Positions 1 to 25,306 are shown, counted from the first letter of the stretch. The stretch: 64,000 nucleotides of DNA from the human T2T-CHM13v2.0 reference genome, Homo sapiens (GCF_009914755.1 NC_060942.1); one strand, 5' to 3'. Numbers and translations are program-made. The notes: generated by a model from the letters alone, not told the origin.

Positions 1-487
1 TTCTGATAGAGCTTGGCAGACTAGCTCTGAGCAGAAAGAACATGTGAGGACTAGAAAATTTGTGGCAGTGGTTTTTCAGGAGACTAATAGAAGATATAAG
101 ATTTGGAATGTGATTATCATCTATTTGAATCTTCACTTGATTGCTAAAAGTGAAGGGATTATCTTCTGATACTTTGTTACCTCATTGTGAAATGAGGCTA
201 GGAATGCCTTCTTCTTATGTCAGCAGCGAGGGGTAAATGAATCAATGTATACTTGGTGTACAGTATCTAAATTCTCCCTCCTAGCCCCAAGACAGTTGCT
301 CAGTAAACACAGGATAGATGTTAGTAGCATGTTCTCTGATTTGTTATTTTATAATGCATGTGACTTGGTGCTGTGTAGTTGGTTGCAAGGCCAGCAAGCA
401 AAGGGGTGGCACCTTAACATTTTAAAATATTAGGTCCTTTAGAAGAGGACCCTACACACATATGAGCCATTTATTAAATATACTGTT

Positions 488-849
488 TGATATGGTTTGG
501 CTGTGTCCCCACCCAAATCTCATCTTGAATTGCAGCTCCCATACTTCTCACTTGTCATGGGTGGGATCTGGTGGGAGGTAATTGAATCATGGGGGCAGGT
601 CTTTCCCATGCTGTTCTCGTGATAGTGAGTAAGTCTCATGAGAGCTGATGGTTTTATAAAGGGGAGTACCCCTGCACATGCTTTCTTGTCTGCCGCCATG
701 TAAGACCTGACTTTGCTCTTCCTACGCCTTCCACCATAATTGTGAGTCCTCCCCACGCATGTAGAACTGTGAGTTGATTAAACCTCTTGCCTTTATAAAT
801 TACTCAGTCTCAGGTATGTCTCTTAGCATCATGAGAACAGATTAATATA
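488..849 (+). mobile_element. THE1B-like MaLR solo LTR
   Basis: Starts TGATATGGTTTGGCTGTGTCCCCACCCAAATCTCATCTTGAATTG, ends ...CAGATTAATATA; near-identical 5-bp TSD CTGTT (483-487)/CTGTA (850-854). Confidence 0.92.
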
Positions 850-1397
850 CTGTACTTGAATTTGCTGATGGAGTCATAGGAGCCATCTTGATCACTTCAT
901 AATATGATCCATTATGTGCCATTTATAAACATTTTATTTTCTTTTTTTACTCAACAGCAATTTATTTCTGAACCATATTTATTTTACTTGTTAATTTTTG
1001 GGGGGAAGGAGGTGTCTGTCTACTCACTGGGCATTGGAGTAGGAATCTTGTATAACTTGCTGGACATTGTCTTAAGCATCTCAATGCAATATCTGACACA
1101 CAGCAGACATTCAATGAATATTTGTTAAATAAATGTACCTTTTTTTTCCTGGACTGACAAGTATGTAAACGTCATGGGGTTTGTAGCTAATGGGAGAAAG
1201 AATGTACATATTTAAACATCTAACTTGAAGCCAAACTGACGAGATGGAGCATGCAAAGGGATTAGGTGCTGCCAATGTCCGCCATGTACCAGGTGTGCTC
1301 TCTGCCCTGGGGACAGAGCAGTGAATGAGCAAAAATGAAAAGCAAAAATCCCTGAGATGACAATACGTGGTAAATATGTAGAGAAGAAATAATGAGG

Positions 1398-1913
1398 TGT
1401 GATGGTTAATTTTAGGTGTCAACTTGACCTACGGTAAGGGATATCCAGATAGCTTGTAAAGCATTATTCCTGAGTATATTTGTGAGAATGTTTCTGGAAG
1501 AGATTAGGATTGGAATCAGTCGACTAAGTAAGGAAGATCCACCCTCATTCAATGTGAGCAGGCACCATCCAATCAGCTGAAGGCCCAGATAGAAGAAAAA
1601 GACAGATAAAAAACAATTCACCCTCTCTTCTGGGACTCCCTTCTTCTCCTGGCCTTAGACATCAGAACTCCAGGTTTTCTGGCCTTTGGACTCCGGGACT
1701 TGGGACTTGCACCAGCACTTTCTGCCTCCTCAGGTTCTCAGGCTTTCAGCCTTGAACTGAGAGTTACATTATCAGCTTCCTTGGGCCTCAAGTCTTCAGA
1801 CTCGGACTGGGCTAAGGCACTGGGCTCCCTGATTCTCCAGCTTGACAATGGCATACTGTGAGACTTCTCAGCCTCCATAATTGCATAAAGAAATTCCCAT
1901 AATAAATCCCTCT

Positions 1914-1958
<45 letters not shown>

Positions 1959-2017
1959 CATCCATCCATCTATCCATGCATCCTACTGGTTCTGTTTCTC
2001 TGGAGAATCCTAACACA
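1398..2017 (+). mobile_element. MLT2B-like ERVL solo LTR inserted in an L2
   Basis: Starts TGTGATGGTTAATTTTAGGTGTCAACTTGAC, ends GGAGAATCCTAACACA; TSD TGAGG/GGAGG. Confidence 0.88.
1915..1976. repeat. (TCTA)10(TCCA)n tetranucleotide microsatellite in the MLT2 LTR
   Basis: Read directly from sequence. Confidence 0.95.
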
Positions 2018-2019
2018 GG

Positions 2020-3830
<1,811 letters not shown>

Positions 3831-4089
3831 AGAAGGATGATAATTGGAAATATACTTTCTTATGTTTTTTCATAAAGTAGGATAATGTTTTATAAACTGT
3901 GATCAGTAAGAGATGAATAATAAATCTCCAGAACAACCGCTAAAACACACAAGTATACCCAAAGAGCCTAACTAAAATATCAATACAGGAAGTAAAACGG
4001 AATTCTAAAATATATTAAATTAACCCAAAAGAAAATAATAAAGGAACTGATGAACAAAGATCAAGTGGCACAAATAGAAAATATGTGCT

Positions 4090-4351
4090 CTTTGGGAGGC
4101 CGAGGCAGGTGGATCACAAGGTCAGGGGTTCGAGACCAGCCTGGCCAACATGGTGAAACCCTGTCTCTACTAAAGATACAAAAAATTAGCCAGGTGTGGT
4201 GGTGCATGCCTGTAATCCCAGCTACTTGGGAGGCTGAGGCAGGAGAATCACTTGAATCTGGGAGGCAGAGATCACAGTAAGCCCAGATTGCATCAATGGA
4301 CTCCAGCCTGGATGACAGGGCGAGACTCTCTCTCAAAAAAAAAAAAAAAAA
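4090..4351 (+). mobile_element. 5'-truncated AluS (Sg-like)
   Basis: Starts CTTTGGGAGGCCGAGG, has poly(A); degenerate TSD AGAAAATATGTGCT (4076-4089)/AGAAAACAAGTGCT (4352-4365). Confidence 0.92.
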
Positions 4352-5750
4352 AGAAAACAAGTGCTGAGAAGGTAGAATTGAACCCAAATATAATATTACA
4401 CTAAGCCCACATATAAAAATTACAATAATTATATTAATAAATTACATTTACTAAATGTAAATGGGCTAATCACCCTTAGTGAAAGTGCAGAGATTGCCAT
4501 ACTAGATTACTAAAAATGATCTAGCTACATGCTGTTTATAATAAGCACACTTTAAACATCCAGCCACAAATGGGTTAAAAGTAAAAGCATGAAAGAATAC
4601 ATACCATAAAAACAGCTGGCTTGGCCATCTTAGTATCAGATAAATTGTAGACACACTCTTAACCCAGATTTTATTCACAAATAGACTTTCAGATGAAGAG
4701 TATTATACCAGAAATAAAGAAGGACATTTCATAATTATAAATAGATCAATTCATCAGGGAGACATAACCATCTCACATGTGTATCCATTTAACAACAAAA
4801 CTATATAACACATGAAGCAAAAATGGACAGAACAAAGCTGATAAATAGACAAATCCACAATCAGGATAATTGATACAACAAATAAAAAGAAATCACTAAG
4901 GATATAATTTGAATAAAATTGTCAAACACTTGGCCAGATTTACATTGTATAGAACCCTAAACCCAACAATAATAGATTAAACATTCTTCTCAATCACACA
5001 TGAATCATATACCAAAACAGACCATATGCTTTGTAATTAAATAAGTCTCAATAAATTTCAAAGAAGCGAAATCACGTAGAATATATTTCCTAAAGACACA
5101 TTAAATTATAAATCAATAACACAAAGATAGCTAGGTATACAAATGTTTGGTAATTAAAAAACACACTTCTAAATAATTCATGGGCTAAAAAATAAACCTC
5201 AAAAATTTTAAAAATATTTTGAACTTAATGGAGATCCAATATATCAAAATGTGTGCACTATGGCTAAAACAGTACTAAGGAAAACTTATAGCTTCAAATG
5301 CTTATATTATAGACAAAGAAAGTTATAAAAAGCAGTGATTTCTCCTTCCATATTAAGAAACTAAAAAAAGAAGAGCAAATCACTACCAGTCATTAGAAGA
5401 AAGGAAATAAAGATCACTGAATATTAACATAGTACAAAATGAACAAAAAATAGAGAAAATGAACAAACTTAGTTTCATAAAAGGATTAATAAACTTTATA
5501 ATCCTCTAGCAAGATTATTCAAGGACAATGGAAAATAGAAATTATCAATATTAGGAATAAGTGAGAATTACTAAAAGTCTCACAGATATTAAAAGGATAT
5601 TTTAAAAAGGCACAGTTTAAACTATATTATGTCAAAATAGTTGACAGTTTAGATATATTCAATGAAAAACCATAACTTTCAAAACTGATACAACAAGAAC
5701 TTGGAAATCTATTTTCATTAGAGATGTTTAATTTATAAATAAAAACCTTC

Positions 5751-6905
5751 TCACATCAAGAGAATGAGAAGGCAATCACAGACTGGGAGAAAATATTTGC
5801 AAAAGGCATTTCTGATAAAAGGCTATTATCCAACATAATAAATACATCTTAAAACTCAACATTAAGAAAACAAACAGCCTGATTAAAAGATGGGCCAATG
5901 GTCTTGACAGATACTCACCAAAGAAGTTATACAAATGACAAACATATAAAAAATGCTCCAACATCATATGTTGCTAGAGAAATGCAAATTAAAACAATAC
6001 AAAGGACTACTACACATCTATTAGAATGTCCAAAATTCAGAACACTGACATCACCAAATGTTGGTGAGGATGTGAAGCAACAGCAACTCTCATTCATTGT
6101 TGATGGGAATGCGAAATGGTACAACCACTTTGGACAACAGATTGGCAGTGTCTTACAAAACTAAACATATTCTTACCATGTGATCCAACAATTATGCTCC
6201 TTGGTATTTACCCAAAAGAGTTGAAAACTTATGTCCACACAGAAACCTGTGCACAGATGTTTATAGCAACTTAATTCATAATTGACAAAACTTAGAAGCA
6301 ATCAAGATGTCCTTCAGTAAGTTAATGGATAAACTGTGGCACATCGAGACAATAGAATATTAAAATTTAGCACTAAAAGGAAATCAGCTTTCAAGCCATA
6401 AAAAGACATGGAGGAAGCCAAAGTGTATATTACTGAGTGAAAGAATCCAATCAGAAAAGGCTACATGCTATATGATTCCAACTATATGACATTCTCTAAG
6501 TGAAATAACCATGGAGAGAGTAAACTGATGAGGGATTGCTAGGGGATAGGCAGAAGGGAAGGATGAATAGGCAGCACAGAGGGTTTTTAGGGCAGTGAAA
6601 CTACTCTGTATAATAATACTATAATGACAGATACATGCCATTTTACACTCATTCAAACCCATAAAATGTAAAAACACCAAGAATGAACGCTAATGTAAAC
6701 TATGAAATTTTGGTGATGATGATATTTTAATGCAGGTTCACCAATTGTAACAAAGGTACCAATTGTTGGGGCCACTGGTAATGGGAGAGGCTATGCATGT
6801 GTTGGCACAGGAAATATGAGAAATTATTGTACCTTCCTCCCATAAAACATAAAGCATAAAATTGTCCTTAAAGCCTATGTAAAAAAGAACAAACAAAGTG
6901 AACAA
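5751..6905 (+). mobile_element. L1MC1-like 3' end inserted in the older L1
   Basis: ORF2 C-terminus plus L1MC-type 3'UTR (GGTTTTTAGGGCAGTGAAACTACTCTGTAT); flanked by AAAAACCTTC (5741-5750 and 6906-6915). Confidence 0.75.
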
Positions 6906-7874
6906 AAAAACCTTCCTTCAAATAAAATTCAGGGTTTAGATGTCTTGTTTAGATGAACTGTATCATACTTTGAAAGTATTTTACAAACTCTTTCAGAAGA
7001 TAGAGAAGGGGACACGTCCTAATTCATTTCATGAGGTCAGTGTAACTCTGCTAACAAAACCAGTCAAGGACATTATGAAAAATGAAAATTACAATATTCT
7101 TAATGAATATAGACACAAAAATTGTTGACCAAATATTAGCAAATAGAATACAATAAAATATGTAAAGAATAATCTTTTATGACCAAGTGAGGTTATCCCA
7201 GGAATGAAAGTTTGTTTAACATAAAAGCATCAACCAAAATAATTACATATATTAGCATTTCAAGGAGAGAAATCACATGATCTTTTAAATAATTGCAGAT
7301 AAAGCATTTGATGCAAATTAATACCAATTTATTATTGAAAAAACCTCTCAGTAGAATATAGCAGAAGGTAGCAAGAAAGTGAAAAGAAACTTCCCACCAA
7401 AAGGCTGCCACAAAAAAAGACAAAAATATGAATGATACAACTGAACTCAAACTTACCAGTAATTACATAAACACGGGTTTAAATAATCAATTATAAGACG
7501 GAAACAAGCAGGGAGTGTACTGATCTGTGTAATGTGTCCTGAAATACACCAAATAGTAAGATGCACAGATAGTTATACAGAGGAATGAACCAAATAGATA
7601 TATGATAAAATAAGTATGTTTAAATATTAAAAGTAGAGTATAGATGGTGATTATAAGGGCTTTCAATGCAAAATTCTTTCAGATTTGCTGTTTGAACATT
7701 GTCATGATAAAATGTTGGAGGGAAAGGGAAAAATAAAATGTACATTTATATAGCTGTTAATCATTAAAAAATAATAGCAACAACTGGATTTAATAGAAAG
7801 AAACAAAATTCTGAGAATACCTGCCTCTAAGTAACAAAAAAGTAGATTTTGTTTAAATATAAATAAAACAAAGA

Positions 7875-8780
7875 GAGGGAGGAGCCAAGATGGCCGAATA
7901 GGAACAGCTCCGGTCTACAGCTCCCAGCGTGAGCGACGCAGAAGACAGGTGATTTCTGCATTTCCATCTGAGGTACCGGGTTCATCTCACTAGGGAGTGC
8001 CAGACAGTGGGCGCAGGCCAGTGTGTGTGCGCACCGTGCGCGAGCCGAAGCAGGGCGAGGCATTGCCTCACCTGGGAAGCGCAAGGGGTCAGGGAGTTCC
8101 CTTTCCGAGTCAAAGAAAGGGGTGACGGACGCACCTGGAAAATCGGGTCACTCCCACCCGAATATTGCGCTTTTCAGACCGGCTTAAGAAACGGCGCACC
8201 ACGAGACTATATCCCACACCTGGCTCAGAGGGTCCTACGCCCACGGAATCTCGCTGATTGCTAGCACAGCAGTCTGAGATCAAACTGCAAGGCGGCAACG
8301 AGGCTGGGGGAGGGGCGCCCGCCATTGCCCAGGCTTGCTTAGGTAAACAAAGCAGCCGGGAAGCTCGAACTGGGTGGAGCCCACCACAGCTCAAGGAGGC
8401 CTGCCTGCCTCTGTAGGCTCCACCTCTGGGGGCAGGGCACAGACAAACAAAAAGACAGCAGTAACCTCTGCAGACTTAAGTGTCCCTGTCTGACAGCTTT
8501 GAAGAGAGCAGTGGTTCTCCCAGCACGCAGCTGGAGATCTGAGAACGGGCAGACTGCCTCCTCAAGTGGGTCCCTGACCCCTGACCCCCGAGCAGCCTAA
8601 CTGGGAGGCACCCCCCAGCAGGGGCACACTGACACCTCACACGGCAGGGTATTCCAACAGACCTGCAGCTGAGGGTCCTGTCTGTTAGAAGGAAAACTAA
8701 CAACCAGAAAGGACATCTACACCAAAAACCCATCTGTACATCACCATCATCAAAGACCAAAAGTAGATAAAACCACAAAG
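7875..8780 (+). promoter_or_regulatory. L1HS 5'UTR: CpG-rich internal sense promoter with YY1 site, plus antisense promoter
   Basis: CAAGATGGCC YY1 motif near the 5' end, retained CpGs; promoter functions are established L1 knowledge. Confidence 0.88.
8110..8325 (-). CDS. ORF0: L1 antisense ORF0, 71 aa (MAGAPPPASLPPCSLISDCC...RHPFL)
   Basis: Internal ATG of track ORF 8110-8394, at L1 position about 451; length and sequence match primate L1 ORF0. Confidence 0.88.
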   Translation of the reverse strand: MAGAPPPASLPPCSLISDCCASNQRDSVGVGPSEPGVGYSLVVRRFLSRSEKRNIRVGVTRFSRCVRHPFL

Positions 8781-9797
8781 ATGGGGAAAAAACAGAACAG
8801 AAAAACTGGAAACTCTAAAACGCAGAGCGCCTCTCCTCCTCCAAAGGAACGCAGTTCCTCACCAGCAACAGAACAAAGCTGGATGGAGAATGATTTTGAC
8901 GAGCTGAGAGAAGAAGGCTTCAGACGATCAAATTACTCTGAGCTACGGGAGGACATTCAAACCAAAGGCAAAGAAGTTGAAAACTTTGAAAAAAATTTAG
9001 AAGAATGTATAACTAGAATAACCAATACAGAGAAGTGCTTAAAGGAGCTGATGGAGCTGAAAACCAAGGCTCGAGAACTACGTGAAGAATGCAGAAGCCT
9101 CAGGAGCCGATGCGATCAACTGGAAGAAAGGGTATCAGCAATGGAAGATGAAATGAATGAAATGAAGCGAGAAGGGAAGTTTAGAGAAAAAAGAATAAAA
9201 AGAAATGAGCAAAGCCTCCAAGAAATATGGGACTATGTGAAAAGACCAAATCTACGTCTGGTTGGTGTACCTGAAAGTGATGTGGAGAATGGAACCAAGT
9301 TGGAAAACACTCTGCAGGATATTATCCAGGAGAACTTCCCCAGTCTAGCAAGGCAGGCCAACGTTCAGATTCAGGAAATACAGAGAACTCCACAAAGATA
9401 CTCCTCGAGAAGAGCAACTCCAAGACACATAATTGTCAGATTCACCAAAGTTGAAATGAAGGAAAAAATGTTAAGGGCAGCCAGAGAGAAAGGTCGGGTT
9501 ACCCTCAAAGGAAAGCCCATCAGACTAACAGCGGATCTCTCGGCAGAAACCCTACAAGCCAGAAGAGAGTGGGGGCCAATATTCAACATTCTTAAAGAAA
9601 AGAATTTTCAACCCAGAATTTCATATCCAGCCAAACTAAGCTTCATAAGTGAAGGAGAAATAAAATACTTTATAGACAAGCAAATGCTGAGAGATTTTGT
9701 CACCACCAGGCCTGCCCTAAAAGAGCTCCTGAAGGAAGCCCTAAACATGGAAAGGAACAACCGGTACCAGCCGCTGCAAAATCATGCCAAAATGTAA
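8781..9797 (+). CDS. ORF1: LINE-1 ORF1p RNA-binding chaperone, intact 338 aa
   Basis: MGKKQNRKTGNSK...QNHAKM; REKG, ARR and YPAKLS motifs intact. Confidence 0.97.
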   Translation: MGKKQNRKTGNSKTQSASPPPKERSSSPATEQSWMENDFDELREEGFRRSNYSELREDIQTKGKEVENFEKNLEECITRITNTEKCLKELMELKTKARELREECRSLRSRCDQLEERVSAMEDEMNEMKREGKFREKRIKRNEQSLQEIWDYVKRPNLRLVGVPESDVENGTKLENTLQDIIQENFPSLARQANVQIQEIQRTPQRYSSRRATPRHIIVRFTKVEMKEKMLRAAREKGRVTLKGKPIRLTADLSAETLQARREWGPIFNILKEKNFQPRISYPAKLSFISEGEIKYFIDKQMLRDFVTTRPALKELLKEALNMERNNRYQPLQNHAKM

Positions 9798-9836
9798 AGA
9801 CCATCGAGACTAGGAAGAAACTGCATCAACTAATGA

Positions 9837-13686
<3,850 letters not shown>

Positions 13687-13968
13687 ACAATGAGATCACT
13701 TGGACACAGGAAGGGGAATATCACACTCTGGGGACTGTGGTGGGGTCGGGGGAGGGGGGAGGGATAGCATTGGGAGATATACCTAATGCTAGATGACACG
13801 TTAGTGGGTGCAGCGCACCAGCATGGCACATGTATACATATGTAACTAACCTGCACAATGTGCACATGTACCCTAAAACTTAGAGTATAATAAAAAAAAA
13901 AAATTAAAAAAAAAAAAAATAAAAAATAAAACAAAGAATTTTAAAATTAAGCAATGCAAAAGGACATT

Positions 13969-14062
13969 TTAAGCAAATACTAAGCAATTCTAATTCTTAA
14001 GCAAATACTAAGCAATTCTAATTCTTAAGCAAATACTAAGCAATTCTAATTCTTAAGCAAAT
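13969..14062. repeat. Perfect 28-bp tandem repeat TTAAGCAAATACTAAGCAATTCTAATTC, 3.3 copies
   Basis: Units start at 13969, 13997, 14025 and (partial) 14053. Confidence 0.95.
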
Positions 14063-14739
14063 TAAATGTATACTAATTTTAGACCTTTATAGAGACAGTT
14101 AGAGATTTTATCTAAAGAAAATAGAAGGCCCAAATGAATGCAGAGTTATACTATGTTCTTAGGGGGAAGAGTCTGTTTCATAAGGGTGTCAATATACTCT
14201 TCAATACTCTGTAATTAAATCCATTTCAATTGCAGTCTTGAGAATGTTTTTCATGGAACTTGACAAGGTGCTCTTAAAATTCACATGGAAATAATCAAGG
14301 ATATTTTAAGAATAATAAGTGAATCTTGCCCTTCAGCTATTAGGAATTAGTAGGAAGTTACAGTAATTAAAATAATGTGGTTTTGGCACAGAGATAAAAA
14401 AAATACATCAAATGATAACCACGGCCTAGAAACAGACCCAAGCGTCTATCGAAACTCTGTATATGGTATTATAAAGCAACTGGGAAAGGGTGGACTATTT
14501 AATAAATTGCACTACCAGGAATGATTTTCCATGTGGAAATAAATTGGATCCCAATTTCATACCAAAAAGAAGCAAAAATTCATGTGGATTACAGACATAA
14601 TAGGAAAAGCAAATTTTATTGCTTATAGAAGAGAATATAGAAGCATATCTTTATAATACAGATGTTGGCAAAGATTCTTTAAACAAGACATACAAAGTAG
14701 AAATCAAAAAGAAAATATTCTATATTTTCCTCACATTGA
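14063..14739 (+). mobile_element. Ancient L1 ORF2 remnant forming the spacer between the two young L1s
   Basis: Degraded ORF2-like motifs (TAAAATTCACATGGAA, CCTAGAAACAGACCCA, AAATTGGATCCC); continues after 21071. Confidence 0.7.
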
Positions 14740-14740
14740 C

Positions 14741-21071
<6,331 letters not shown>

Positions 21072-22050
21072 TGAATCTTAAATCTTTTGTATGACTGAAG
21101 ACACCATACACAAAATTCAAAGACAAGCCACACAGCCACACATACGGAGATGTTTCCAGTACCTTTAGTCAGCAAAGGAATGGTAACCAGAATATGTATG
21201 TAAATAAGTCTTACAAACCCAAAAGAAAAGCTAAAGAACATAATGGGAACCAGAGCTAAGGAAAATAACCTGTCAATTCATTGAGAAGAAAACTCAGCCA
21301 GTAAACATTTGAATAGGAGCACAAATGCATCAGTGATTAATAAGAAGCATTTGAAAACAAATTCCTTTTTACACACCAGGTAAAAAGTTTAATAATTCCA
21401 AGTCTTGGTGAAGCTTCAGAGAGACAGGGATTTTTGTACACTGTTGACACACAAATAAGTAGGTAACAATGATTTTGGGGAGCAATTTAGCATTGTGCAC
21501 TAAAGTGAAAGATGCTAATGCTTTATGACCTTAGAATTCTACTATTTGGTGTATATATACTAAAGATACTCAGACCCAGGTGCTGAAGTGAGATTCCCAC
21601 AAGGAAGTCTTTTTCAGCATGGTTTGTTGTAGCAAATTGAAAACAATATACATGTCTATCAATATGAGAGTGGATAAATAAATTGTATATTATAAATTGT
21701 ATGTTCACCTAATACACCTGCACAGCTATTACAATGAATGAACTAGGAGTCCTGCACACATGTGGAGCATTTGAAAACCTTAATCTCATGTAAAGTGTGC
21801 AGTGCATACAGCTGAAAAGCTTGCAAACAATGTCTATGTTTTTATGGCTATGCACATGTAGTAAAAGTAAAGTCACAAGGAGTGAGGTGGTTACACCTGG
21901 GGATAGATGCAGGTGAATGGGATTTGAAGGATTTATAAAGGGAACTTCAGCTGTTTCCATCTGCAACCATCTATTTTCTCAGAAAAAGTGTGATTTGAAG
22001 AAAACATGTCAAAATATTAATGTCTATTAGATCTAGATGGTGGGGAATAC
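21072..22050 (+). mobile_element. Ancient L1 (L1ME-type) 3' portion
   Basis: Degraded ORF2 C-terminus and 3'UTR motifs (GGAGCAATTTAGCA, TTTATGACCTTAGAATTCTACT, GTGGATAAATAAATTGT). Confidence 0.7.
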
Positions 22051-22420
22051 AAATGATTTTTTCCCCCTCAGGATATATCACAATTTGGATAAAGATGTGG
22101 TGAGTGAATAAGTTATAGGAATTTTAAAAAGAAAAAAATAGTGAAGAGTAGTAAGGGGCGTTTAACAGCCAGACACCTCAGCCCTTATTCGTTCTTTCTC
22201 ACAAATGAATGAATTTGCTGTCTCTGTGGGCTGCCGGGCAACTAAAATCCCTTTATCACAGATCCCAAAGCAGGGATTCTTGCTTTGGGTGAGCTTCTTT
22301 TAGACAACTTAGAACTTTAATTTTTTTACAGATTTAATGTGCTAGTGAATCTTTGACCAAAAATATTTGTCAGCATTCCAGGTGTGAATATGATAGAGGC
22401 CTTCAGAATGATTGTCTAGG

Positions 22421-22646
22421 TCGGCTGACCCCAACCTTTTTGGCAGCAGGGACCACTTTCATGGAAGACAATTTTTCCAACAGGGTTTTGAGCTCCTATG
22501 GAAATCTAATGCCACCATTGATCTGACAGGAGGCAGAGCTCAGGCAGTAATGCTCTCTTGCCCGCTGCTCACTTCTTGCTGTGTCGCCTGGTTCCTAGCA
22601 GGCCACAGACCAGCAGCACTCTGTGACCTGGGGTTTGGGGACCCCG
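22421..22646 (+). mobile_element. MER1B-like hAT-Charlie MITE, internally deleted
   Basis: CCCCAACCTTTTTGGCAGCAGGGACC...GGGGACCCC termini; 8-bp TSD-like GTCTAGGT/CTCTAGGG. Confidence 0.85.
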
Positions 22647-22969
22647 CTCTAGGGTGTTTTGAGTGTAGCAGTTGGCCTGGAGCAGGCATATGTGGAGTGC
22701 TGTCAGAATGAATGGGGCAATTTAGAAGAAAAAGCTTTGCTCTGGTCCTCTCCTTTCTCCTTGCTGGTCAGAGCCACTGCCTATTGTGGTTCCTGCCGCA
22801 GTAAGTTCTGCTGACTGCCATCCTCCCTGGGCACTCTGCATTGTCCAGTCTGCTATTTTCAGGTGCCTGGTGTATAGACCTTCAGATTATTCTCCTTCAG
22901 GACTGTGTATCATTGTGTGAGGGGACTAAAGGCAGCTAAGTTAGAGACTGGAAACTCTGAGTTACTGAA

Positions 22970-23410
22970 TTCATCAGGACTCTTTTGTTGTAAATGACAG
23001 AAAACCAACTTAAACAAGCTTAAGTCAACAATAACATATGTGTATGGCAGGGGAGAGTTCTGTCTCTTTTGGCTTACATCATGAAATCCCAAGGAAAAGC
23101 AGGCCTGGAATAGAGCCTGCCTCGGGGTTGTGGGGTCAGACTTCACTGGGGCTCCCCATCTCTTCTCTAATTTTGGGGTGACAGCCCAACTAACCTTTTC
23201 TTAAGGCAAGAACTATGGCTGCAGGCAAATCCTGGATTACATCCTTCCAAACTCACTACCAGAGAAAAAGGAGGACAGTGCAAATGGTCCCAAATGGCAC
23301 TGCACTGGGCAGTGCAACCTTCACAAATTTACTTTCCCTGATTAAGTCTGGAAAAATCCCAAGAAATTATTTTGATCAGCCTGGCTTAGGGTACATCTGC
23401 ACTCTAGCTG
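22970..23410 (-). mobile_element. Old MLT1-family MaLR LTR, followed by a MIR fragment (about 23415-23565)
   Basis: AGGACTCTTTTGTTGTAAATGACAGAAAACCAACTTAAAC terminal motif; boundaries approximate. Confidence 0.55.
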
Positions 23411-24209
23411 TGGGACCTTGACTTAATTTACCTAATTTCTCTTTGTTTTAATTTCCTTTACAAAGGAATAAGAATAATTCTAAGAATAGAATATCCCTCA
23501 TAAGGTTGTAGGGATGATCCATGCAAAGCATTTAGTACTGTGCTGGGCTCAGGGTAAACAATAAACATGGTACCAAACAAGCCTTAGGCTGATGTCACCA
23601 GGCTGGTGAAGAGCTATGAATGCCTGAGCCTGGCTGAAGATGCCTCACCTAGTGCCAGGGGCTATGACCTGTTTGACAAGGATGCTAGGCAGAGCCAAAG
23701 GATGGGCACCCTGGTACTTACTCCAGGTTTTCCACTTCTGCTGCTGCAGATGCCCGCTTGGTTCTTGAAGAATGTTCAGGGCTCCAATGCCTCTCTTTCC
23801 TCTGATATCTGTGTGCTTAGCATTAGTTTTATTTTCTTTGTTTGTTTTTTGGCAGGCCTTCAGGGGGTCTGATGCACTATTGTCCTGAACTCTACTGCTT
23901 TGAATGCATGGCTTGGTGGGTTATAGCTCCTTATCTGCTCCTTGAAGTGAGTGATAGCTACAAATGGTCCCTGGATTCAGGCATCCCTGGCCCATACATC
24001 TCTCCACCTAACCCTTAACCTCAGCTCCTAAGGCTTGACTGCTGAATGAATGTTCTGTCAACTGGATACCTCTGGTAAGATAAAACAAGGGGTGGAAGGG
24101 CATTCCTTTTGTCAAGGCACCCTGGGTAGACAAGTGTTTACTCACTTAACTAGAGAAGTACAGGCATTTATACATATCTGTGCTGGAAAAGATTGCAGAA
24201 AGTTAAAGG

Positions 24210-24894
24210 TGTCAATTAAAAGTAAAATTTTAAGCCTCTCAATTACTGAACAGACCATCTCTTGGCCAAAGGGATGGCAGAGTAACCTTGAAAACTGAAT
24301 TCTTTGCCATGGGGGATGGGGGATCAGACATGCCTCATTATACCCCCTCCCTTGCTAACCATCATGAGGCTTTCTTCCCTAAGGGTTAAACAGAAACCAG
24401 CCCTTTCAAAAGACTCCACCACTGGTATCAATCAACTGCCTGATTCTGCCCCTCCTTTTTTGCCTGATAAGAGACTACTGGCCAGAGAGTGGTTTAGGCC
24501 AGTCTAAGGAGAATGCAAAGTAAGGCTTTTTGTGACCCATGCCTCACCTATTGATGTCAGAGGGCCAAAAACTCTACCCTCAGATCATGAAAATGCTGCC
24601 ATTTTTTGAACATGGGTCCTGTGGAGGGGCATGAAGCTGAATTGCACATGCACACATTTCTCCTTTTGTAAATATTAATGACTCCTCCTATAGCTTATTG
24701 AATATGTATTTTTGGCCACTGCTCTCAGCATAAATTCCTGTTCCCTTTGCCTCTTCCTTGAAGTGTCTGCTTTCGGCTTCTGGCCAGAGGCTATGCTTCC
24801 CAGCCTGTCAGAATGGCCAGCCTGCAGCCTGAAACCCTTTATGAGAAATAAAGCTCTCATTTCCAAATTTATGAGCCTAATTCTCCAGTTGACA
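24210..24894 (+). mobile_element. ERV1 solo LTR (MER39B-like)
   Basis: TGTCAA...TTGACA inverted termini, perfect 4-bp TSD AAGG, AATAAA near the 3' end; 5' part resembles the LTR at 33164. Confidence 0.8.
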
Positions 24895-25306
24895 AAGGAA
24901 ACATCTGAAGCAGGAACAAAGAAACCTTTAGTGATTGTTTTTACTGCACTCCCACATCATCTTATTTAACTTTACAAAGAGCCTACAATGACAGTATGTA
25001 TATTCTCATTTGTTGATGGAGAAATTAAGGCTCAGAGAAGATAACTTGCTCAAGGTTGCACACACTTTGCAGAAGAAAGGAAAGAAAAAGAATGAGGATG
25101 AGGAAGTGTGGTTGTGGCAGCATGGTATACTTGACTTCAATTACTTTTTCAATTATTTTCACTTACCTTTCAATTATTTATGTACTGTTCTCTGTGTGCT
25201 AACTATATGCTCAGCCATGTGCCAGGTCATATGGAATAAGCAAACATTTTTCTGGTTCAGAAAACTGAAAGTCTATTGTGAAGACAGTTTGCAAAATCAA
25301 AAGAGA

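Larger units (their letters stand above)
3840..7874 (+). mobile_element. Ancient mammalian L1 (L1M/L1ME-type) ORF2 remnant, host of nested insertions
   Basis: A-rich degraded EN/RT-like sequence; ORF 6940-7128 (KLFQKIEKG..PNSFHEVSVTL) aligns by eye to L1 ORF2p; boundaries approximate. Confidence 0.75.

Noticed and set aside
4050-4387. Alu-overlapping ORFs (also at 25010, 34172, 34547, 50602, 58486)
   Set aside because: Typical Alu-derived peptide signatures, not genes
13969-14062. 28-bp repeats as a CRISPR-like array
   Set aside because: Units are directly adjacent with no spacers, there are no cas genes, and the DNA is human
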